DNA of 64,000 nucleotides from Takakia lepidozioides (lineage: Eukaryota; Plantae; Bryophyta), in the NCBI GenBank assembly GCA_030704615.1, contig CM060732.1, positions 2,976,001 through 3,040,000 on the forward strand, written 5' to 3'. Both the position numbers and the translations under genes were made by a program. Each line of letters opens with the position of its first letter. Positions within the stretch are counted from its first letter, which is position 1. Positions 38,101 to 49,831 of the stretch are shown piece by piece. The notes below the pieces were generated by a model, which worked only from the letters and a program-made list of their open reading frames with translations, made no database searches and had not been told where the DNA came from.

Positions 38101-40861
38101 TGCGTTGCTGAGTCCAAAAGGCATCACCAAGAACTCATACGAACCATATCTTGTTCTGCACGCGGTTTTCTCCTCATCTCCTTCCGCCACTCGGATTTGA
38201 TGGTAGCCGGAGCGCAAATCGATCCGGCTGAAATACTTCGCTCCTGCCAACCGATCGAAGAGGTCGTCGATTCTTGGCACAGGGTACCGGTTCTTGATAG
38301 TCACCTTATTCAGAGCCCTGTAGTCGACACACATCCGCAGCGTCCCATCCTTCTTGTCTGCAAATAGCACCGGGGCTCTGTAAGGTGACTTACTCGGCCG
38401 GATGTACCCTTTTGACATTAGATCCTTGAGCTGAGTCTTCAGCTCGATCAACTTTCTGTGGCTCAACCGGTAGGGCGCCTTGGCAGGTGGCTCCGATCCT
38501 GGTATCACCTCAATCTTGTGGTCAACTCCTCTTCGCGGTGGCAAGCCGCTTGGTAAATCCTCCGGCATCACATCCTGGTATTTCTCCAAAATCCCCTTGA
38601 TCCAATCTGGGCTCGGCTCCCCATCGCCTTCTCCCTTCACTTGTCTTACATAAAGCAAAAACTGGGGCTCGTATGACTCCTCCACGGCCCACTCCTTTGC
38701 TGACAATAGGTTTATTTGCCCTCCCACTGGGTTGGGCGTTTCCGACACTCTTAAAACTTCGCCACCATTCCCACACGGTAGCGTGACTATTCTCTTGCGG
38801 CCATCTATGACCGCTCCGGATTTGCTCAAAAAGGTCATCCCCAAAATGAGATCCACTCCATCGATCTCGCAAATGGTGAAGTTCTCACGTCCCTCCCAAC
38901 TCCCGAGCTGAAGAGGAACATCGAACGCCAACCTCGTCGCCAATTGTGGTTCTCCTTTGGCAGAACGCACCTCAATAGAGGCCCCCACATCACTTGTCGG
39001 GAGTCCCAGCTTCCGTGCTGTTGCCGGTGTCATGAAGGAGTGCGACGCTCCTGTGTCCACCAACAACGACACGTTAGTTCCGGAAATTATCCCACTCACA
39101 AACAATAACTGACTCCCTTTATGCAGGGCGCCAGTTTCTTGATACAACTCACAAGAGTAGTTGCCTACCTTGCAAGTCTTGGCGACCACCCGCTTCCACC
39201 AAACGGCTGATGGAATCTTCCAACAGCTCTGTGGTCGCCCGAGTCATGTTCAATTGTCGGGGTTTTGCGCACTTCTTAGCCATGTGCCCGGGCTCCCCGC
39301 TATTAAAACACACCCCATCGAAGGTCGCCTTCTGTCCGCCATAAGCCGCCGCACCTGATTTTCCTTTCGGAGCAGTACCGGGTGCCGCCTTGTCGCGAGA
39401 AGGACCTCCCTTCGATTTCCACGTGCCATTGTCGCCGCGAGGCCTATCCCACTTCTTTTCCGGTCGAAAGGAGTCACCCTCCCGTCGGGTCTTCTTGTGG
39501 TTCAGCTCCGTACGGCCTTGTCTTTCGCTCCTAGCGACATCCGAGAAACATTCAGCCCTCTCAATTGCCTCGTTCAAAGTCTTAGGTGGCTTCTCCTCCA
39601 ACTTCCGACTGGCCCACGGGGCCAGTCCCGCCACAAAGTTGAAGACCATTTCTGGTTCTGCCATGTCCATGACTTTGAGTAACAGCACATTGAAAGCCTG
39701 AACATATCCCTGAATGTCATCCGTTTGCTTCAAATTCCTCATCTTGTCCCGGGCAAGCCAGGACGCGTTGAGGGGCACAAACTGTCTCTTTATCAGTTCC
39801 TTGAACCCACTCCTGTTCAAGGTTTCCGGATTTGGACCACTAAGCTATCCCCACCCCTTGTGAAGCCACCCCTACCGCAACCCGGTGTGCGGGGCTCCAC
39901 CTAGTGAGTGCCTCTGCCTCCTTGAGTGCGTTGGGCACTCAAGGGTCCTTCAGCCCCCCGTACCTATTGCTGCCACCGCTCCCACCACAGGGGCAGCCCC
40001 TCTGCGTCCCGACCCCCTGCCCTCTAGGCAAAGGGCCGCGACACACACCCCTACCAACAGGGAGTCTATGTCCTCATCGACTTGTCCATTTTGTAGAAAC
40101 GAACATCCAAGTTGTGGCGTCCCACATCAAAGAGTTTGTTTCCTGGCCGCCCGGCCAACTTGGAGCTTCGGCTGCTCACTGGGACATAACGGTCCCCCTT
40201 TTTTCCCCCAACAGACTCTCCACCAATTTGGGCCTAGTGGACATTCCCTTTGGTAGATAGCAGTCCGGAATAGCTCCCCACTTCTTGGTCGCTTTCCGGC
40301 TCGCTCGCTTACTCACTAGTTTTTGGTCACCAACAGGCTTGCACCGTTCTCGGGGTTACTACTCCTTATATATACTTCTGCGACTGTCCGCGGGGGTTTC
40401 ACAAACAACCATGCCATTTTATGGCGAACCACCACGAAAACCCTCGACTCCCGGTGATGAGTCGCGGTGAGTCTTGGCCCACCCACCACGGTCCCATTGG
40501 ACCGTGATGAGTCCCAACACTCCCCACGACTCCCACCACAAGGTCTCCGCCCCCATGGTGAGTCCTATGCCACCCCCACTAAGTCCCACTAAGCTACCAC
40601 CACCCCTCGTGGAACCACCCCCACCGCAACCCGGTGTGCGGGGCTCCACCTAGTGAGCGCCTCCGCCTCCTTGAGTGCCTTGGGCACTCAAGGGTGCTTC
40701 AGCCCCCGCATCTATTGTTGCCACTGCCCCCACCACAGGGGCAACCCCTCTCGTGTCCCGACCCCCTACCCTCAAGGCAAAGGGCCGCGACACTGCCCCC
40801 ACCATAGGGGCAGCCCCTCTCGTGTCCCGACCCCCTGCCCTCAAGGCAAAGGGCCGCGACA
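35168..40861 (-). mobile_element. Family A copy 4, internally rearranged, flanked by 5-bp TSD ACTTG
   Basis: ACTTG at 35163-35167 and 40862-40866 flanks TGTCGCG..CGCGACA; gag, PR, RT, RH and INT fragments; LTR pieces 35168-35820, 39837-40043 and 40143-40861. Confidence 0.92.
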
Positions 40862-41099
40862 ACTTGGGTTCGAAAGGTTGGGATGGAAGTGTCTCCTCGT
40901 GGACTATGCGTCATTACGAAATTCGAATCGTCAAAGGTACGCCTGCCGTCCGCAAAACAAACACCATTAACAAACGGTCAGGCCACGCCGCCTCCTGCCA
41001 CTTCAGCCAGCATGAATGCAGACATCAAAATGCGGTGCTGCAATTTCGTTGGTCCACGTGTTCATATATCATGGCATTTCCGTCCCAGCGTCTGATGAG

Positions 41100-42570
41100 T
41101 TAGAGTGAAAATGGAAATGCGGCGCCACATTTCCGTTAAGGCAGCTTTGAGTTGCATCCCGAACGGAAATGCGGTTTCATGCCTGGCATACAAAACGGAA
41201 ATGCGGCGCCGCATTTCCGTTCTCATTGTTAATCATGAAACACTGCAACTGAAATGCGGCACCGCATTTCCGTCGGAGTCGTACATTCTGACTTTCCAGA
41301 ACGGAAATGCTACATACCTTATTTGTTAAACGGAAATGCGGCACCGCATTTCCGTTCTGGAGAGTATAAAGGTTTCCCCCGGACGGAAATGCGGTGCCGC
41401 ATTTCCCTTCACTCTTGCATGCCTGAGATACAAAACGGAAATGTGGCGCCGCAATTATGTTCTGGAAAGTCCAAAGGTACGGCTCGGACGGAAATGTGGT
41501 GCCACATTTCAGTTGCAGTGTTTCATGATTTCAATCACTACGGAAATGCGGTACCGCATTTCCGTTCCACTGTCACATACCTTACTTGTTGGACGGAAAT
41601 ACGCCACCGCATTTCTGTTTTGGAGAGTATAAAGGTTTCCCCCGGACGGAAATCTGGCCCGCATTTCCGTCGCACTGCTGCGTGCCTGACATGCAAAAAA
41701 CGGAAATGCGGCGCCGCATTTCCGTTCTAGAATGTCGGAAGGTACGAGTCGGACGGAAATGCGGCGCCGCATTTCCGTTCTAGAATGTCGGAAGGTACGA
41801 GTCGGACGGAAATGCGGTGCCGCATTTCAGTTGCATTGTTTCATGATTTACAATCACCACGGAAATGCGGTACCACCAATCCATTCATTGGCTGCATTGT
41901 TGTGTCAAAAATCCATGCGTAGACTAGAATCCACATGTTCAATGGTGGGCAGGGAAAACTGTTCTTGCTGCCCAAAGCATGTGATAGTCACAAGCCTAGC
42001 AATTGTCTCTGAAAAATGATGGATGACTGGTGCCTTGGTTATAGCATCCACCCTTGTCAACTCTTGCGATGTTGCAATGAAATATACTTGCAACAGGCAT
42101 TGATTAGAAGTTAGCTTTACTTCCATGTCAGCTGCTAGCAGCAATACAATGATGCATGCATGATTTGTGCAGAGTCATGGACAGCTAAAGAGCAGGGATA
42201 GAGTGGGGGTCCAGATTCATCTAAGAAGGTCGGGTTCCAAGCTCCAGATTACCTATCATTCCCTGTGGAAGGACAAGTACAAGAAACAGATGGTCAAGTA
42301 GTAGAGTATAAAGATTTCCCCCGGACGGAAATGCGGTGCCGCATTTCCGTCGCACTGTTGCATGCTTGAGATGCAAAACGGAAATGCGGCGCCGCATTTC
42401 CGTTCTGGAATGTCGGAAGGTACTAATCGGATGAAAATGCGGTGCCGCATTTCAGTTGCACTGTTTCATAATTTAGAATCAGAACGGAAATGCGGCACCG
42501 CATTTCCGTCCGAGTCGTACATACCTGACATGTTGGATGGAAATGCGGTGCCGCATTTCCATTCTGGAAA
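41100..42570. repeat. Array of CGGAAATGCGGCGCCGCATTTCCG palindromes upstream of the MULE transposase
   Basis: About 18 copies, interrupted at 41876-42300 by a host-gene fragment. Confidence 0.9.
41876..42095 (-). pseudogene. Captured exon fragment of an ABCC/MRP transporter
   Basis: [29 protein letters not shown]..CF.....VDSSLRMDF*HNNAANEW matches the plant ABCC TMD2 motif [23 protein letters not shown]. Confidence 0.82.
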
Positions 42571-42685
42571 GTAGAAAGGATTCCCCTGACGTCGATGGCC
42601 TCTGCAATTCCAATTACGTGGTGCTTGTGAGCCTTGGTCTGTCGCTATAGTGAACCTCGCACTTGCCAACTTCGTGTGGAGTTCG

Positions 42686-45600
42686 ATGGCTCCGAATTCC
42701 TACGCTATAGTTTGCTGTCCTCCGCAACTTGGGAGAGCCTGGATCCCAAACGAGGGAGGACTTTGCAGAGTGACTGAAACTTACCTTTGCTCAAAATTCA
42801 AGCTCAAACCGGGCACAACTTATTTGGAAGAAGAAAGGAAGGATGTTCATGGACAGGTGGACGAGACCGTTGTCGTGCTAGGTAACGACGGAGGTTGCGG
42901 AATCAAATGGCACGTACCCCCATCAGACACCATCTTGTACCGAGCTGTGGGAACACCCATTCCCTTTCCGAATCAGTCGCTTCCGACACCATCCACAAAA
43001 GAGTCGGGAAACCGACAGGCGGCCACTGCCAACAGAGAGGTATGCAACGATAATCATTCCCGACCTAGACCGTCAAGACCCTCCATAGCTTCTTGTGTGG
43101 AGGTATTCGACATTTCCGACGAGGAAGATGAGTGCATTGAGGTCCCCATGTCCTCCACACGGTCATTCAAATCCGACATGGACGTCTCTGCAGGTGCTAC
43201 GCATGTACCCTCGAGCATAACTAAAACCCGGTCCATTGTGCAGCTCTTACGGCAACATCACCTCGATGGTTCTTGCTCCGAGCTAGCTGCTCTCGACTAT
43301 GCCAAATTTCCAGTCAGGAAGGTAACGTATCTGCCTCCCAAAGTCGATGGCAATGTCATCTTTGAGTTTCCACCTGTTACTTCGTCAAACAAAGCCTCAG
43401 GGATGTTAACAAACATGAATCGAAAGCATGACGGACACCCTTGGTGTGTGACGAAGACCAGTAGCACGAAAATTGCTGATGGTGTTCGTGTACAATACGT
43501 CCTCTGTGCGGGGAAGCTGAGGTGCCTCAATCCCGTCTGCTTCCACTTTCTTTCCAAAGGAGAGCGGAGAAACGAGACGGATTGGACTGGCACAACCCAT
43601 CATCCATTCATTGTCTCCAGCCAAGCTCCGGCGGGTACTTTCAAGTGCGCACATTGTAAAGAACCACCGACATGCATGTCTATGTGCAGAGCCAAGCAAT
43701 ATTATGTAATCCATTTGCTCCCGGACTTGACTAGAGCTTGCGGGGTCCACTGCCACCCCTTGGCAAGAGGCGACATCCGGGAGGCTGTGCAGGAAGCACA
43801 CATAAAAGAGGAGGTGAAATTGAGCCCCGGAACCAGACCAAAGCAGATTCAGCTCAAGGCAACCCACAAGATTGCTCTTGGCAAAATCATGGTTCAAACT
43901 GAGTGCCCTTGAATGAAGAGTAGATGCTTGACCTGTTGGAGTCTGTCTCGCACGTTTGTAGTCCAAATGTGCGGAATCACATCGTATCTTGCAAGCAGGA
44001 GTTCGGCCGGGGGTCGGACATGCACTCAATCCTGGAGGTGAAACGAAGGATTGGATATGACTACATCCAAGGTAGCAAGTTTTCAGGGCAAGGCAGCAAA
44101 TCCGATCGTTGTTACATTTTTAAAATGTCAACGTGTGGGCCTGGGAGTGGAGTCGACTTGGTCACTCGCATGACAACTGGAAACTTGTCGAATGCTTGGG
44201 TGATGTTTGACCACATCAAGTGAATTACAAACCCATCAGTGGGTGACTATGGGTGCGCATGTTTATGACTATCACTCCAAGAGGCTCATGACGATTGCAA
44301 TCTGCGAGATGAAAAGGGAGGACACACAGTCGGAGATGCATCTGTGGGAGGGCATAAACGAGCAGATGACAAGGGCGGGTTTGCCAGAGCCCAATTTCAG
44401 GGGATCCATGGCAGACAACGCTCAGGCCAACTGGGCAGCGGTGCAGCATGTGTACGGTGAGGACCCCAATGTTCCAATGGAGGGGAAAGAGAGATCTTGT
44501 GGATTCCATTGGATGCAGAGTCTATCTCACTACACTACCAAATTTGTTGCTAGCTCATTCCAAGCTGAACACCGTGTCCTTTGTACGGCATGGAAGGATG
44601 CACCCACATTTGATGACGCGGAGGTTAAGTTTGCTATCATCGAGGGCTTGGTGGAATACGTCAGGTGCAGTGGAGACAACCAATCTGGGAGCCTTGCACA
44701 GCTGGTTGGGGTGGTGGCATTTCCGGTATAGACAGTTCGGACTAAACATGCGGGAGGTATGATGCCAGACTTTTCCTGCAATTGTCGTTCTATTACGGAC
44801 CTTTCCATTTTTCCCTCACCATTGTTTCTGTCCTTATAGGAGCGGTGCTTGGATTCCGACACGGACATGCTGAACACGAATATGGCAGAATCAGTCCACT
44901 CCTCCTGGCGAGCATCTTCTGCCGCACATCTGGTGGACGTAGTGACGGCCACAACGGAGGACATCGACAGAGCAATCATGCAGCAAGCCACGTACTACAA
45001 GTTCCTGAGCGGGAAACAATGGGGCTTTGGGCCGGACAGGGAGGAATTGTTGGTACGAACAGCTTCGAGGTCGAAGAATCCATTGAAATGGGCGACAACA
45101 TTGCAAGAGAAGATCAAAGGGACGCCTCTGCACCGTAGAGGTGAACACCTAGAGGGGGACGTCCGTACTCGCCCTGTGAGGCGGAGGATTGAAGAGGAAC
45201 CCGGGTGCAAAGAGGATTCCTGGAGATCCGACAGGAACATTCGGACAACACCTCGAGGTCCCGTCATGTTGCCGCACAATGTGCCTTCCAGCAGTGGAAG
45301 CCCAAGAGTTTCCAGATCGCCATCGCCTTCAAGCGGGGATTCCATGCGAGAAATTTCCACCGCTCGCTTGCCCCAGATTCCGCCTGCTGTTATGCAGTAT
45401 GGCCAAGCCATTGTGGAGACGACTGTGTCTGCGTCACAATGGAGAATTGCTCGCACAAAGCCGACGTTTCAAGGCAGGTGTTCCGCAATTCGAGTGGATA
45501 CACGGCAACGTTGTTTAGAGATGATAAGGAGGAATCCAGATGGGGCTGTCCCTACTCCTACTTTTACAGGAAGATTTGTCCATGCAAAGTTTGCGGAGGC

Positions 45601-46274
45601 GACAACCACCCAGTTCTGGTTCTGCAGGCACTTGCATGTATGGAAAGCCCAAGTATGGCATACAAACAATGCCAGAGGCTCCCCCGGTGTGGCCGGTGGA
45701 ACCAGGCTGCGATCTGAGTCAGGTTGAGGCCGACGCCCTTACTGCTGCAGAATTTCGGATGGTGCAGCGCACTAACGTCCCCAGACAACCATTTCCGCTT
45801 CCACAGCCTCCACCACCGACCCCTGTGAGAGCAAGAACAATGGGACGCGACAACTCTAAGCATCCTATACACTGTTGGGGGAAACTGAAGAGGCGGCGAC
45901 CTCCCTCAAAAGTGAACGAGACAAGGATGGGGAATGCACTTCGGATGAACTGTACAATCCAAAGCTCGACAGAAGTGCCCCCACCAGGCTTCGGGCGTGT
46001 GTATCAGATGGCCACGGCAGGCTCAGCTGTTCGCAATGAGGTGTACACCATCACCATTTCAGAATTACCCACCTGCAATTGCACCGACTTCCAGATCATG
46101 GCGAAGAACGGGGCATCATACTGCCCTTGCAAGCATCTGTACTACGTGTACCTAAAGAGACTCCGGTGTAATTCCACAACTCATCACTTCATACATGCAC
46201 CAGGGTTGTTACAGACGACATATCTTCGCCGCATTGCAAGATCTGGAACTTCCAAAAACGGCAAGGTCAAATAA
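42686..46274 (+). pseudogene. Near full-length MULE transposase: Cys/His (WRKY/GCM-like), DDE and SWIM
   Basis: DGHPW, WVMFDH, MADNAQA, CGFHWMQS, NTNMAESVHSSW (catalytic E), SWIM CNCTDF..CPCKHL; probable intron 44757-44839; several stops and frameshifts. Confidence 0.85.
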
Positions 46275-46329
46275 AAAACTATTATTTTAATACTTTTTTA
46301 ATCTGCCGCATTTCCAAATTTGGAGGAGT

Positions 46330-46434
46330 CCGCTCATGAAAACCGCGTGTCTTAGACTTCGGCTCATAGCTCATGCGGCTCATGCGGCTCATGGCTCATG
46401 GCTCATGATTTCTACTCATGAAATAGTAAACCTC
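46330..46434 (+). repeat. Right terminus of MULE copy 2 with (GCTCAT)n repeats ending CATGAAATAGTAAACCTC
   Basis: Homologous to 9817-9900; both copies switch to unrelated sequence after AACCTC. Confidence 0.78.
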
Positions 46435-48609
46435 CTTGGAAGGAATGGCTTCAAGACCAAGAAGCTGGTTCGAATCCTGATAAAGTTCCTGGAACATGGC
46501 TCTTTTCCTAGTCTCCACTTCCCGCTACACGAGCTAATTACCAAGCTAAGAGGTACAATGGATTCATCATGACCTTATACCTGTCCTCTTTTGTTCAAGT
46601 GCCTGGAATGTGTTCGAGGGAGGAAGTAGGCTTTCCTAACCCCTTTGGCAATTTTGTCCCGGGGTTGGGAACTATTTTTTTTGCAGAGGGAGAAACCTTA
46701 TGAAGGGGTCTGGTATGCACTCCCTTACGGGGTGAGTGCATACCACACTCACTCCATAAGGGATTGCCATACCAGGGGCTGGTTGGTGGGTGCCCCCTCT
46801 CCCTCTGTCTCCCTCCCTCCTTGGAATTGGCCGGTTTTATCAGTGATAATTTCCTGTTTTTTCATCCATACCGGATGGACTCTGGCAGGTTTTTTCACCT
46901 GCCCTATAACAAATTTTCATCCATACCGGATGAACTACCAGGGTGGACACTGAATTACCTCTAAGCTGAGTCTCTGATTTTTCATTCCTTACCGGATGAG
47001 TTACCAAAGAATGAGGAATTACCTCTGTGGGGGTTGCCACTGGCATCCTATTTTTCCATCCATACCGGATGAAAAATGACATGATATTTTATTTTATTTT
47101 CATTCATCTTTTATTGCTTTTTTGTCCGTACTGGATAAGGCAATTTTTTTTGGGATGTTGAATGACCTGTTAGGAGGTAAAACCGATGCCTTGGATGTTA
47201 TCTACTGTTTTTTCATCCTACTGATGGACTTTTCCACGGATGAACTCAATGATTTTTTCATCTGAACCGGATGAAATGTACAGCTTCTGATGGCCCTTGA
47301 CTGATGTTAATTACCCTTAATTATGGTTAATTGAGGAGTGAAACCCTAACCCCTACCCTAAAACCTACTGTTTAACCTAGCTACGGATGACATCCGTCGG
47401 GTTTTAAAGAATATGACGTTGATTACTCATCCTGCACGGATGAAAAATTGGGCAAGAGCCCTAAGCTGTCTCTCCCGCCGTCAGAAGCACGAGCAGTGCT
47501 TCTGAGCTCACGGTAAGAGTTTATGGTGTCTGCGTTCTGCCGCTGCATCGTACCCGTGCTGGGCAATCTCCTAGGGATGCGCAATGGCGGCGCTTTGTTT
47601 TTTCTTACAGGCGGGAGACAATGCTGTGAATGCATCGTCTCTTTCCCTCCTCTGGCTTTTAATTTTCGCAACGGCGCTTGTGCTGGGAAGTATCTCTCTC
47701 TCCCTTCTTAAACCTAGCAAGTGTGCTTGTATGCTTCACTTCTCCTTTGCTTTGCTGGAGGTGGCTTGCTGGTGGCGATGGCGCACAGTTACCTTCCCCA
47801 ATCGCTCAAGGGTGATTAGGGTTCCTTTTGTTTTATGTCTTTCTATCTTGTTTTTGAGGTTCTTAGTTGACATCGATGACAAATGTAGGGGTCTGTGATT
47901 CATCCGGGGTTCCACAATCCTCACTAACCTGTTGGTTTTTGTGGGGGCTTGTGATGGGACCAGGTGAGGATCCCTACTTGCTTTGAATTCTCTTGAGCTT
48001 GCAAATACGGATTTGGGCAAATGGAACCTATAATGTATGGCGTCTTGACTTGGCTGCTGCCTGCAGCCCCAATTTCGGTCCGCTTGCTCCTGGTTTGGCA
48101 TGTTGATGTTTACTTTTGACTTATATTTTGCTGCCTTTGATGGAGCACTTCGGCCTGGCAGGCTTGTCTCTTGAAGCCCAGCATCTGGACCTTACCTTGT
48201 CTTGAATCTTTGACAACATTGCCTGTGGATTATTAAGCTAGGTACTGTTTTGGCCTTAAAGAGGAGTTATGGTTTATGGGTAAGGCATCAATGGATGTTA
48301 GGTTCTAAGGAAGAGGAGGCCCTGTTTTTAAAGATGGCAGCCTGATAAGGCAATGACAGGCCTCTTTCAAGCCTGGGTTTGGTGTGGAATGGAGCATAGT
48401 GAGGTTTATTTGCAAAACCTGGCATAAACGTCCTGAAAAACAGTGTTGGTAAGCTCTACTAGACCTTTGCCAAAGATTATTTGCCTTATTTTGCCATCAG
48501 ACCAGGCACCTGCAATGTATGATTTATTTTTTGGCCAAGTGGGCTTGGTCTCGGGCACTCAAAGTGTTTGTGTGTCCATATCTTGAATCTGTCTTTTCTT
48601 CCATGCCAA

Positions 48610-49290
48610 GATGCCTTACATGATGCATGTCTTGGGCAATTATACATGGTATAGAATGAAGTTGCAGTCTGTCTTGTCATGCCCAAGAGGGTTACTTGGT
48701 TGCATGTTTGGAATCTAATAAACTGCAGGCTGGTCCATCAAGATGTATAAATGACTTGAATCTGTAGTATGGCAGGCTGTTCTTAGCTACCCAAGGGGCC
48801 TTGCATGATGCATGTCTTGGGGTACTTACAAATGGCAAAGAGTGAAGCTGCAATATGTTTTGTCATGCCCAAGAAATTTACTTGGTTGCATGCTTGAAAT
48901 CTGATAAATTGCAGGCTGGTCCTTCAAGGTGCTTGTATGAACATATCCTGAATCTGTAGTAGGGCAGGCTGTTCTTACCTACCCAAGGAGCCTTGCATGA
49001 TGCATGTCTTGGGTTACTTACAAATGGTAAAGAGTGAGGCTGCATTATATTTTGTCATGCCCAAGAGGATTAATTGGTTACATGCTTGGAATATGATAAA
49101 CTACAGGCTGGTCCATCAAGATGCTTGTGTATACATATCTTGGATCTGTAATGTGGCAAGCTGTTCTTACATGCCCATGATATCTTGCATGATGCATATC
49201 TTGGGATAATTACGGATGATATAATCTGAGGCTGCAATTTAACTTGTATTGTGCAAGAGGGTCACTTGGGTACATGTCAGGAATCTGAAC
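48610..49290. repeat. ~190-bp tandem repeat (about 3.5 units) inside the PLE 5' region
   Basis: CATGATGCATGTCTTGGG..GTCATGCCCAAGA..CAGGCTGGTCC recurs near 48614, 48799, 48991 and 49183. Confidence 0.82.
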
Positions 49291-49831
49291 ATGAATAAAC
49301 CCCGCCCTCCCACCCTGTATTATCATGACTGAATGGGTGTTGTCACTTGGTATGCTATGACAAGATTGGAAGTTTAGATGGTGCCCTGTCATGGCTTTAA
49401 TTGACAATGACCCTAGTGGGTCTTGTCCATGTCTTGACATGACATGAATATCTTCCCACTCTTCCTTTTCTAGTGTACTTAGTGGTGTTTGTACACACTA
49501 TCTACCGTCTTCCTTTATGGTCATTTCATTGCCAAGTTGAGCTACTAACAAGATTCTTATGGACTGGCAGTGGTCCAGCATATAACTTCTTGTTTGGGAA
49601 TGATGAAGATCAGGTTTTCTTGGTGTATCAGTCCCTGACCTCCACCAATTCCAGCAATACTGGCTGCCATAAGTCACCCCAAGTGACTTCATTTGCCACT
49701 ATGCAAGGGCTGGATTCTGAAATTCTGGAGGATTCTCAGACTCTATTTACATACTGGAGGACGGTTGCAGACTGATTGAAACCCACGCCCATGGCAGGAA
49801 ATTCATCACTCATGCGGCGAAGCCTACCCCC

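Noticed and set aside
47341-47365. Telomere-like AAACCCTAACCCCTACCCTAAAACC inside the PLE
   Set aside because: Only about three degenerate units; could be a telo-box or chance, and is not enough to call telomere association.
46900-47420. Hammerhead ribozyme in the PLE pseudo-LTR
   Set aside because: No canonical CTGATGA...GAAA core with three stems recognised by eye.
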